Made by a program: the position numbers and the translations under genes. DNA of 64,000 nt, taken from the NCBI GenBank assembly GCA_018653365.1, contig JABIAG010000003.1, forward strand, positions 128,001-192,000, given 5' to 3'. Below are positions 10,056 through 18,460 of the stretch, in pieces. Position 1 is the stretch's first letter. Every line of letters starts with the position of its first letter. This stretch comes from Candidatus Woesearchaeota archaeon. Lineage in GTDB: Archaea; Nanobdellota; Nanobdellia; Woesearchaeales; JABIAG01. The notes beneath the pieces are model-generated. The model did no database searches. It saw nothing but the letters and a program-made list of their open reading frames with translations, and had not been told where the DNA came from.

Positions 10056-10184
10056 ATGGTTTGTGAACATAACGTAAACATTGATTGTACTTGTAAAGAT
10101 ACTTCTTGTGATAAGCATGGCAAGTGTTGTGAGTGTGTCGCATATCATAGAACTAACGGCGATGTACCTATCTGTTTGAGGTAG
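10056..10184 (+). CDS. 42-aa Cys/His-rich microprotein (resembles DUF6485); not in the ORF track
   Basis: My translation: MVCEHNVNIDCTCKDTSCDKHGKCCECVAYHRTNGDVPICLR*; TATA-like element about 25 nt upstream. Confidence 0.8.
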   Translation: MVCEHNVNIDCTCKDTSCDKHGKCCECVAYHRTNGDVPICLR

Positions 10185-10214
10185 CTTTTTAAATCACACA
10201 ATCTTCCTCTTCTA

Positions 10215-11081
10215 ATGTCTTTTACAGATCTGTTCAAGTTATTAAGAGCGAACAATTATTACAAGAATTTGTTAATATTTCTCCCCCTGATTTTCATTTC
10301 TCAAATTCTCTCTCCAAATCCTCTTTTAAGAGTGTTCTTGGGATTTATCGCATTATGTGCGGTCTCATCAGCAAATTATATCTTTAATGATATTATTGAC
10401 AGAAAACAAGACATTCATCATCCAGAAAAACGTTTTAGGCCTATTGCGTCAGGCAGGGTTTGGACGGAATTTGCACTATTTATTGGAATCACGCTTCTAA
10501 TAACCTCTTTTCTACTTTCTTATTTATTATCTTTCTATTTTTTCTTATTCGTACTAGCTTTATTCATCTTAACTAATCTGTATTCTCTCTTTCTTAAACA
10601 GATTTTATTCTTGGACATCATTTTCATTTCAATTAACTTTGTGCTAAGAGCTTTAGCCGGCGCATTCATTATTTTTCCTAACAAAATCATACGAATCTCG
10701 CCCTGGCTTGTTCTTGTGCCCTTCTTCCTAGCATTGTTCCTTGCTACAGCAAAGAGAAGATCAAATCTAATCTATCTGGGAGAACACGCCTCTAAGTACA
10801 ACAAGTTACTAGAACATTACGATTATCACACTACTTCATTCTTATTTACTACCTCAACTACGCTATTAATCTTCACGTATGCATTGTTCACTTTTTTCTC
10901 TGATTTTCCCTTGTTAATCATCACAATTCCTATTGTTCTTTACGCAATCTTTCGTTTCTATAAGTTAACTGAATCAGGTAATAGAATTGGTAGAAATATA
11001 ATCCATTCAGTTAAAGATAAAAGCTTACTAATTTCTTTCTTATTGTGGATTTTCGTAACTTTCTTGGTTATTTACCTTTGA
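10215..11081 (+). CDS. UbiA-family prenyltransferase, polyprenyl-phosphate phosphoribosyltransferase (DPPR synthase-like) subfamily
   Basis: KNLLIFLP, YIFNDIIDRKQDIHHPEKRFRPIASG, YSLFLK, LRALAG, SPWL, KRR. Confidence 0.85.
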   Translation: MSFTDLFKLLRANNYYKNLLIFLPLIFISQILSPNPLLRVFLGFIALCAVSSANYIFNDIIDRKQDIHHPEKRFRPIASGRVWTEFALFIGITLLITSFLLSYLLSFYFFLFVLALFILTNLYSLFLKQILFLDIIFISINFVLRALAGAFIIFPNKIIRISPWLVLVPFFLALFLATAKRRSNLIYLGEHASKYNKLLEHYDYHTTSFLFTTSTTLLIFTYALFTFFSDFPLLIITIPIVLYAIFRFYKLTESGNRIGRNIIHSVKDKSLLISFLLWIFVTFLVIYL

Positions 11082-11085
11082 CAAC

Positions 11086-11541
11086 TTACTTCTTTATCAT
11101 ATCGCCAATAGTTAACGCGCCAGATTCTGCTTGCTTTTCAGGTTCGTACTCATAACTTTCGAATTCAACGAGTTTAATTCCCAAAAATCTCTCTAACTTA
11201 CGTGCAAGTGCAATGCTTAATGAACCCTCTGCGTTCTCTGCATGGTGTAATACAGATTCTTTTTCATTTATTTTTTTAGCAACCTCTTCCTGCGTCATAT
11301 TTTTACTCTCTCTTGCTTTTTTGATTAGTGAACTATAATTTGTAACAATGGTCTCTACAGGTTCGTCCTCAACTACAACCTTGCGATTAACACGTTTTGT
11401 TTCTCTTTGAACTTCTTCCTCTGTCTTCACCCTTGAAATAACCGTTCCATGTTTTGCACATTGTGAACAAACAGTGAGCATACTTCCCTCTACTTGGGTT
11501 TTAAATAATTGTTCAGAACTTCCACACATATCGCATTCCAT
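11086..11541 (-). CDS. mbf1: Archaeal multiprotein bridging factor 1
   Basis: CDMCG...VCSQCAKHG Zn ribbon, HTH, C-terminal LTIGD. Confidence 0.93.
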   Translation of the reverse strand: MECDMCGSSEQLFKTQVEGSMLTVCSQCAKHGTVISRVKTEEEVQRETKRVNRKVVVEDEPVETIVTNYSSLIKKARESKNMTQEEVAKKINEKESVLHHAENAEGSLSIALARKLERFLGIKLVEFESYEYEPEKQAESGALTIGDMIKK

Positions 11542-11605
11542 TGGTTTCCCCTCCTTTAAACTATTTTCATAATATTTATATACTTTCTAGTTAATAATTT
11601 TTTCT

Positions 11606-11851
11606 ATGAAATACTTGATACTTTTACTATTTGTACTAGCTTTAACCGCTTGCGCGCCAAAGGAGTGTGAAACCAGTGAAGATTGCATTCCTGCGTCTTG
11701 TTGTCATGCATCAACCTGTACTACACTAACCAACGCCCCGTCAGATTGTGCTTTTACGTTTTGTTCTCAAGAATGTGTGCCTAATACGTTAGATTGTAAC
11801 CAGGGAGGTTGTCAGTGTATTAAGAATAGGTGTTTAGCTGTTCTCAAATAG
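11606..11851 (+). CDS. Cys-rich lipoprotein
   Basis: LALTAC lipobox; CETSEDC...CCH...C...CSQEC...CQC...C pattern. Confidence 0.75.
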   Translation: MKYLILLLFVLALTACAPKECETSEDCIPASCCHASTCTTLTNAPSDCAFTFCSQECVPNTLDCNQGGCQCIKNRCLAVLK

Positions 11852-11897
11852 TTCTTTATTACAAACTTTTAAATAATCTGATCAATAAGTTGTGCTT

Positions 11898-12962
11898 ATG
11901 AAGGAATTAACAGCCCTAGACATAAATTATTTGGTGAAAGAGTTAAAAGCGTTAGAAACTGCCAAAGTAGATCAGATTTATCAACCCTCCGATCTTTTAA
12001 TTAGATTTCATTCTACCCAGCTTGGCAAAGTTATTTTGAGAATAAACAAAAAGTTCATTTTTCTTACAGAATTTAAAGAATCACAAATTAATCCATCTGG
12101 TTTTTGTATGGCACTAAGGAAGAAGTTAAAGAATTCCCGACTTAAATCGTTTGAACAGGTTGACTTTGAGCGAGTTGTTAAACTAGTTTTTGAGACTAAA
12201 GAAGGGGTGTTAAATCTGTATATTGAACTATTTTCCAAAAGTAATTTAGTTTTAACAAATAAAGACAACCTGATTCTTGCATCATTATCTTCGGAGAACA
12301 CTAAACGGATTATAAAAAAAGGAGAGGAATACATTCTTCCTAAAAAAGAACATAACTTCTTAACATTAAAAGAAAATGAACTAGTCAATATTCTTGCTAA
12401 TTCGGATCTTTCTTTGGTTAAAACACTTGCCACCAAGTTAAGTTTAGGGGGAGTGTATGCAGAATACGTTCTCCAAGATTATAATAAAGACTTAGTTGCA
12501 AACAAGTTTAAAGAAACAAAAGAATTGTTTAAGAAACTTGTTAAATTAAAAAATCAACCAATTTGTCCATCTAAAATTAAGAGTCATTTAGTGCCGTTCA
12601 AGACGGATGTTCAGTTAGAATCCAAAACATACAATGAAGCACTGGAGAAATCATTAACGTCGCAATTAAAAGAAGAACACGCAAATATCTCATTACAACC
12701 GTTTTTAAAAAAGAAGGAAAGGTTAGAAAAGATAATTCAGACCCAGCAAAAAACAATCACTGAATTAAATGACGGTGCAGTCTTAAATACAAAGAAGGGA
12801 GAATTAATTTATAACAACTATCAACTAATTGAACAAATTATTGCTCAATTAAAGTTGGCTAAGAAGTCAATGTCTTGGGGTGAAATAAAAGCTAAAGTAA
12901 AACAAAAAACGTTAAAAAGAATCGATGAAGGACAAGGAAAGATAGTATTAAATTTAAAATGA
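11898..12962 (+). CDS. rqcH: Rqc2/RqcH (NFACT) protein, N-terminal portion only
   Basis: PSGFCMALRKKL, EQVDFERVV, IELFSKSNLVL, LGGVYAE HhH, coiled coil, KKGELIY; no NFACT-R domain. Confidence 0.85.
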   Translation: MKELTALDINYLVKELKALETAKVDQIYQPSDLLIRFHSTQLGKVILRINKKFIFLTEFKESQINPSGFCMALRKKLKNSRLKSFEQVDFERVVKLVFETKEGVLNLYIELFSKSNLVLTNKDNLILASLSSENTKRIIKKGEEYILPKKEHNFLTLKENELVNILANSDLSLVKTLATKLSLGGVYAEYVLQDYNKDLVANKFKETKELFKKLVKLKNQPICPSKIKSHLVPFKTDVQLESKTYNEALEKSLTSQLKEEHANISLQPFLKKKERLEKIIQTQQKTITELNDGAVLNTKKGELIYNNYQLIEQIIAQLKLAKKSMSWGEIKAKVKQKTLKRIDEGQGKIVLNLK

Positions 12963-13906
12963 AAATATTAATTACAGGTGGTGCAGGATTTATTGGCTCA
13001 CACACAGTTAAAGCACTAGTAGCGCGAGGAGATGAAGTGGTTATAGTTGATGACCTTAATGATTATTATGATCCTAAACTAAAACAGGATCGTTTAGATG
13101 TGTTTCTTAAAGATGTGGATTTTGAGTTTAATAAACTTGATATTTCTGATATGGGTGCGTTGAAAGAGGTTTTTTCAAAACATAAGTTTAATTGTATTGT
13201 TCATCTTGCTGCTCAGGCAGGAGTTAGATATTCTTTAGAAAATCCTTTTGCGTATGAAAAGTCAAATAATTTGGGAACTCTTAACATTCTTGAATTAGCA
13301 AGGCATAATAATGTTAAAAATGTGGTTATGGCATCTAGTTCTTCTGTTTATGGAAACAATCAACCTCCCTTTAAGGAGTCTGATTCTGTTGATACTCCGA
13401 TTTCTCTTTATGCGTCTACCAAGAAATATAATGAGCTTATGGCACATACTTATCATCACTTGTTTGGTTTGAACTGTACTTGTTTGAGGTTCTTTACTGT
13501 TTATGGGCCTTGGGGCAGACCTGATATGGCGTTGTTTTTGTTTACTAAAGCAATTCTTGAAGATAATACTATTGACGTTTTTAATAAGGGTAAGATGAAG
13601 AGAAATTTTACTTATGTTTCAGATATTGTTGCAGGAATTCTTTCTTCTGTTGATCATCACTATCCTTATGAAGTTTTTAATCTTGGTGGAGAAGAAACTG
13701 TTAAGTTAACTTATTTCATTGAGTGTATTGAAAAAGAATTAAACAAAGAGGCTAAGCAGAACTTTTTACCCTTGCAACCTGGTGACGTCTTAGATACTAT
13801 TGCAGATATTTCTAAAGCAAGAGAAATGCTTGATTTTCAACCTAAAGTTAATGTTGAAGATGGCATTAAGAATTTTGTTGAATGGTACAACTCTTATTTC
13901 TCATAA
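12959..13906 (+). CDS. NAD-dependent epimerase, UDP-glucuronate 4-epimerase-like
   Basis: TGGAGFIG, HLAAQAGVRYS, SSSSVYG, YASTK, FFTVYGPWGRPDMA. Confidence 0.92.
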   Translation: MKILITGGAGFIGSHTVKALVARGDEVVIVDDLNDYYDPKLKQDRLDVFLKDVDFEFNKLDISDMGALKEVFSKHKFNCIVHLAAQAGVRYSLENPFAYEKSNNLGTLNILELARHNNVKNVVMASSSSVYGNNQPPFKESDSVDTPISLYASTKKYNELMAHTYHHLFGLNCTCLRFFTVYGPWGRPDMALFLFTKAILEDNTIDVFNKGKMKRNFTYVSDIVAGILSSVDHHYPYEVFNLGGEETVKLTYFIECIEKELNKEAKQNFLPLQPGDVLDTIADISKAREMLDFQPKVNVEDGIKNFVEWYNSYFS

Positions 13907-14373
13907 TGTTGTTTGTGTCTGAATGGATGTTTTGATGTTCTTAACATGTTAAACCAACTATAAAATCCGAATCTTAAGAAGAATACGGATGTCCAGATTA
14001 TTGGAGTAAATAGTAAGGTGTTAAACTTGCCTACATCAATAACTGCCCAGAATGCAAAAATGGATATTCCTAAAATCACTAATTCAATAAATGCATAAAT
14101 TGCAGCCACGTGTTTTTTCATTTTTGTTAAATCAATTCTTTTGTATACGAAGTATTTTATGAATAGTGCTGCAATGTAAAGTATTGGACTCATTACTGCT
14201 GCTAATACTCCAAATAAGTCCACTGCAAGCCACATTATAATTATGCTAACTGCAGTAAGGATTAGGCTGACGAATGAATATTTTAAGAAGTTTTCGATTA
14301 GTTTATAGAAGGGTAGTTTTTTTAGATATTTATACCCTGGAAGTCTGAACTTTTTTCTTTTAATCATGTGCAT
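13894..14373 (-). CDS. GtrA-like 4-TM membrane protein
   Basis: Four TMs in two repeats; paralog of 14391-14810 (WLAVDLFGVLAA). Confidence 0.65.
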   Translation of the reverse strand: MHMIKRKKFRLPGYKYLKKLPFYKLIENFLKYSFVSLILTAVSIIIMWLAVDLFGVLAAVMSPILYIAALFIKYFVYKRIDLTKMKKHVAAIYAFIELVILGISIFAFWAVIDVGKFNTLLFTPIIWTSVFFLRFGFYSWFNMLRTSKHPFRHKQHYEK

Positions 14374-14390
14374 TTAAGCAGTTTAGAACT

Positions 14391-14810
14391 TTATAATACT
14401 TCCTGTTTTTTTAACATTTTGAATATTTTGTAAAAATAAAATCTTAATAAAAAAGTAAAGACTAAAATTATTGGGTTCATTATTATTACAGTTAGTTTCA
14501 TTAGGTCTACTGTTAACCATAATAAACTTGTTGATATGGTAAGAATCAGTAACCAAATTGTAACATACCCAAGAAAAACTTTTTTCCCTTTTCCCAACAT
14601 TCCAGATCTTTGATATAAGAAATATTTAAGAAAAAAGACTAATGCAGATAATGGGGGATTAACAATAGCGGCTAGCACCCCAAATATGTCTACAAATAAC
14701 CAGAGAACTGCAGTGGTGAAAATGGTTATTCCTGCACTTATTACTAAGTATCTTGAAAAGTGATTGTCTGATACTGCATTAACTTTTTTTATGAGTTTTT
14801 TTAAAAGCAT
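14391..14810 (-). CDS. GtrA-like 4-TM membrane protein
   Basis: FSRYLVIS, WLFVDIFGVLAA, four TMs. Confidence 0.7.
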   Translation of the reverse strand: MLLKKLIKKVNAVSDNHFSRYLVISAGITIFTTAVLWLFVDIFGVLAAIVNPPLSALVFFLKYFLYQRSGMLGKGKKVFLGYVTIWLLILTISTSLLWLTVDLMKLTVIIMNPIILVFTFLLRFYFYKIFKMLKKQEVL

Positions 14811-14856
14811 GTTATTAAATTAACCGCATTCATTTATTAATTTTTAGAAAAATAAA

Positions 14857-14969
14857 GGTGGACAGCTTACCGATTTTCCCGCGTAATGCAGTACTCACCA
14901 ATACGGAGACCTTCTTAACTTCTGTGTTCAGGATGGGAACAGGTGAACCAAGTCCCTATGGCCGTCCAA
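14857..14969 (-). rRNA. rrf: 5S rRNA, stand-alone
   Basis: Reverse complement reads TGGACGGCCATAG...CACCTGTTCCCATCCTGAACACAGAAGTTAAG...AGTACTG...GGGAAA...GCTGTCCA; termini pair as helix I; ends approximate. Confidence 0.95.
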
Positions 14970-14989
14970 TGTAAAGGAATCCAAATCCC

Positions 14990-15004
14990 TTTATAAAGCT
15001 TTTG
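14990..15004 (-). promoter_or_regulatory. BRE-TATA promoter of the 5S rRNA gene
   Basis: Minus strand AAAAGCTTTATAAA, TATA about 21-28 nt upstream of the 5S 5' end. Confidence 0.75.
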
Positions 15005-15107
15005 TCTCAAAAACAGAAGTTTTATGCTCGGAACATAGTGACGTTGTATGAGTTTACTAAGAAAACTTTGTGCTTGGTACGGTCTGTCTAGACATAAATA
15101 TTATTTT

Positions 15108-15695
15108 TCACTTTATACAGATTGCAATATTCCATAAAACTACTTTTCTCACAAAAACTTTGCTAAAGTGAGGTTTTAAGAAATTATATAGTTGTTTCTT
15201 GCTCCAATGGTTGACGTGTCCCGGCGTATTACCTAATTTTTTTAAGTATGACCCTCTTAACATGTTTGCAATTCTCCATAATGGTTCGTTTGGAACACTT
15301 ACTAGTACATATCGTTTACTTATTCTTTTTAATTCCATTAATCCTTTTCTAGGTTCATCTAAATGTTCTAATACTTCTGATGATAGAACCAAATCATAAC
15401 TAGCATCCTTTCTGTTTATTTCGTAGATAGAACCTTGTTCAAAATGTATGTCTGGGTGCAAGCTTTGAGCTTTTTTAACCATTTCTTCCCCTAATTCCAT
15501 GCCCTCAATAAGTACTTTGTTGGCGTCTTTTACAGTTTTGGTTGTGTGTCCTTCTCCGCAGCCAACATCAAGAACTGTTTTCGCATGAGATTTTTGTACG
15601 AATTCGTTAAGAACGTGATGAAACTTTTTCATTAATTTTTTGACAATTGGATTAGAACTCCCATGTTTGTCATAATAATTTCCTTCGACGTTCAT
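15108..15695 (-). CDS. Class I SAM-dependent methyltransferase
   Basis: VLDVGCGEG, SEVLEHL, SVPNEP, NTPGHVNHW. Confidence 0.9.
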   Translation of the reverse strand: MNVEGNYYDKHGSSNPIVKKLMKKFHHVLNEFVQKSHAKTVLDVGCGEGHTTKTVKDANKVLIEGMELGEEMVKKAQSLHPDIHFEQGSIYEINRKDASYDLVLSSEVLEHLDEPRKGLMELKRISKRYVLVSVPNEPLWRIANMLRGSYLKKLGNTPGHVNHWSKKQLYNFLKPHFSKVFVRKVVLWNIAICIK

Positions 15696-16567
15696 TTTCT
15701 TTGCATATCTGCTAAAAACCCAAAAGAGATTATTTGTATTCCTGTTAAAATTAATAGTGCGCTTAAAACAACTCGAGGTATTCCGCCTGCAGTTCCAAGA
15801 ACTATAATTCTTCCTAGTATGTACAGTCCAAGTATGCCTCCCAACACAATTAAAGTTATTCCAATTCTTCCGAAGAATTTCAATGGTTCAAAATCTCTAT
15901 AAATTCTTAAAATGTTGATCCATGCTTTTATTGCATATTCAAATGGGTTGTTGAATAATTTACTGGGTCTAGTTTCTCTTGTTGTTATGGGAATTTCTTC
16001 AATTTTCATATTTGCTTTTCCTGCACGAATTAATTGTTCTTGGGTATAGGTGAAACTGTTAATCAAAGGCAGTTCTGCTACCTCTCTTGTAAATACTCTA
16101 AACCCTGTTGTTGTATCGGTTAATTTGGTTTTTAGTAGTTTGGAGAATGCACGGGCGAACATCTTATTTCCCATGCTTTTCATCTTGCTACCTGAATATT
16201 GTCCTTTTTCAAATCTACATCCTAATACTAAATCCGCACCTGCTATAATTTTTTCAATCATTGGAGGGATGTACTTTGCAGGATATTGGCCGTCAGCATC
16301 AGTATGTACAATAATGTCTGCGTTATGTTCTTTACATCGTTTCATTTCATGTTTAAACGTATCTGCCAAACCAAGATTTTTTTTATTTGAGTAAACTATT
16401 GCTCCTGCATTTTCTGCAACTTTTACAGTTTTATCCTCACTTCCATCATTTACAACTAAAATTTCAAATTCGTAAGGCAGTCCTCTCATAAGATCTTTGA
16501 GTTCTTTTATAACTGGAGTTATGGTTTTTTCTTCGTTATATGCAGGAATGGTTATGATTACTTTCAT
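15692..16567 (-). CDS. GT2 glycosyltransferase, polyprenol-phosphate sugar synthase type, two C-terminal TMs
   Basis: IPAYNEE, VVNDGSED, DADGQY, DTTTGFR. Confidence 0.92.
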   Translation of the reverse strand: MKVIITIPAYNEEKTITPVIKELKDLMRGLPYEFEILVVNDGSEDKTVKVAENAGAIVYSNKKNLGLADTFKHEMKRCKEHNADIIVHTDADGQYPAKYIPPMIEKIIAGADLVLGCRFEKGQYSGSKMKSMGNKMFARAFSKLLKTKLTDTTTGFRVFTREVAELPLINSFTYTQEQLIRAGKANMKIEEIPITTRETRPSKLFNNPFEYAIKAWINILRIYRDFEPLKFFGRIGITLIVLGGILGLYILGRIIVLGTAGGIPRVVLSALLILTGIQIISFGFLADMQRK

Positions 16568-16587
16568 AAATACTATAAAACAAGAAA

Positions 16588-16599
16588 CTATTTAAATAG
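16588..16599. promoter_or_regulatory. Palindromic TATA element shared by two divergent genes
   Basis: CTATTTAAATAG perfect palindrome, centre 25-26 nt from both start codons (16567 and 16619). Confidence 0.7.
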
Positions 16600-16618
16600 C
16601 TTTCTACTCTACAGTCTC

Positions 16619-18460
16619 ATGGAATTCGTGAGCATATTATTTTTCTTTGTAATGTTTTGGGGATTGGGATTTTCTATAACCTTCTTCATTAAGAAGAAAG
16701 ATGATTTCTTTGAAAAGTTCTTTATGAATCTTGCTTTTGGTATTGCAGTATTCGCTATTCTTGCTGCATTTTTCACTGTAGTTCACATTCCTCTAGCTTG
16801 GTATGTTTTTTTGATATTGTCTTTGATCATTCCTGTTTGGCACTTATTTACAAAAAAGCATTCTTTTAAGTTTAAACTTAAACGTTCTCATCTTTTTTTG
16901 ATTGTTGTTTTGATCTTGTTTATTTTTACTTTTTCTATGTATTTGAAAGGGAGTTTTGCATATCAATTGTATGAGGATGGTGATCCCTGGAAGCACGCAG
17001 GAATTGCTAAGTATATTGCAATACAAAAAACTGCATTAGAACCTTTTGAAGGAGGTAATGTTTTACAGTATGTTGATTCTTACCCTCCAGCATATGATTC
17101 TTTAATGTCTGTTTTGTATCAGGTATCAAATAATTTGGTTTGGACCATGAAATTTTTTAATGCACTTCTGATTTCATTAGGTATTTTCTTTTTTTACTTT
17201 TTTGTTAAGCGTTTCACTGGAAGGGCAGATCGTGCACTTTTTGCAACCTTTATTTTGGCAATGATTCCTGCTTACATGTCTCATTTTATTTGGGCGCATG
17301 CGATTATAACACTATTGCTATTTATTCTGTTTTATTCTATTGAAAGACTTGGAGAAAACAAGTGCTGGTTCTTTCCTACTTTTATTGCGTATGCAGGGGC
17401 AATCTTAATTCAGCCAACTCAAGCCTTCAAATTAACTTTGCTGGTAATAATCTATTTGGTTGTGAAATCTTTATTGATGAAAAAAGTTCAGTGGAATCAA
17501 CTGGGTGCAGTTATTTCAGGGGGAATATTAGCATTTGTTGTTTGGTGGGGTCCAATGATTGTTCGTTACGGCTCACTTAAAAAAATGATTTTGGGGGGCG
17601 GAACATCATTAAGTGTTGCTCGGGGTGTTGAGGGATTCACTCTTAAGTTTCATGGAACTGCAGATAGAATTTATACTTTTGTAGATTTTTTCTTTGCTAA
17701 CAGAGTTAACATGATCAACAATCCAATCGGAATTGGTGTTGTGGTAATGTTATTATTATTCTTTACCATCTTTGTTTTGATTTGGAAGTACAAACATTTG
17801 TTAAAAGAAAAAAATCATTGGGTTATCATTTCAGGAGCGATGTTATTGTTTACTTTCTTAGGTGTTCATGGAGAGAGACTTCCTGTTCAATTATGGGCAT
17901 TCAGGTTTTGGATGTTGTTTGCAGTTTTTCTTTCTATATTTGTTAGTGCAGGCTTTTTTGGTTTGGTTAAGTTATGTAAGAAAGTTAAATTTCCAGTTGT
18001 TTTATTAATTGTTTTAATTGTTTTGGGAGTTTGGTTTACTTCTGGAACCCAAAAGTGGAGTGTTAATACAGGTAGTTGGGAACATACTGCTGGAGAATTT
18101 GCACAGTATGGAAATTTGGATTCTTGGAAGTATGTCGCGGATCTTCCTCAGAATTCTAATGTTTTCTTTCCTTGTCGAAACCATAGGGACTTAGATGTTG
18201 CAATTATGGGTGTTGATCAGAATACTTGTTTGTGGTGTGCAGATGAGAAAGAATTCAAATTAAGGTGGGTGAATGAAACTCCTGAATCTATGGTACGTTT
18301 TGCTCAGTCTAAAGAGTATGATTATCTTTTTTTAGATGGTAATTGTTTTGTTCAATTAGATGAAAATGTTACTTTGTTTGGGAATTATCTTCAAGGAATA
18401 GGTGCAACTGGTGTTTCTTTAGTTCACAAAAGTCAGGGTGGATTCGTTTTTAAGATTTAA
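16619..18460 (+). CDS. Polytopic membrane protein, probable GT-C glycosyltransferase
   Basis: More than 12 TMs; first external loop EDGDPWKH...YPPAY; soluble C-terminal domain; glycan-locus context. Confidence 0.65.
   Translation: MEFVSILFFFVMFWGLGFSITFFIKKKDDFFEKFFMNLAFGIAVFAILAAFFTVVHIPLAWYVFLILSLIIPVWHLFTKKHSFKFKLKRSHLFLIVVLILFIFTFSMYLKGSFAYQLYEDGDPWKHAGIAKYIAIQKTALEPFEGGNVLQYVDSYPPAYDSLMSVLYQVSNNLVWTMKFFNALLISLGIFFFYFFVKRFTGRADRALFATFILAMIPAYMSHFIWAHAIITLLLFILFYSIERLGENKCWFFPTFIAYAGAILIQPTQAFKLTLLVIIYLVVKSLLMKKVQWNQLGAVISGGILAFVVWWGPMIVRYGSLKKMILGGGTSLSVARGVEGFTLKFHGTADRIYTFVDFFFANRVNMINNPIGIGVVVMLLLFFTIFVLIWKYKHLLKEKNHWVIISGAMLLFTFLGVHGERLPVQLWAFRFWMLFAVFLSIFVSAGFFGLVKLCKKVKFPVVLLIVLIVLGVWFTSGTQKWSVNTGSWEHTAGEFAQYGNLDSWKYVADLPQNSNVFFPCRNHRDLDVAIMGVDQNTCLWCADEKEFKLRWVNETPESMVRFAQSKEYDYLFLDGNCFVQLDENVTLFGNYLQGIGATGVSLVHKSQGGFVFKI

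Noticed and set aside
15005-15105. Possible small RNA or partial 5S duplicate (ACAGAAGTT, weak hairpin)
   Set aside because: The match is only about 9 nt and the pairing is weak; no supportable structure
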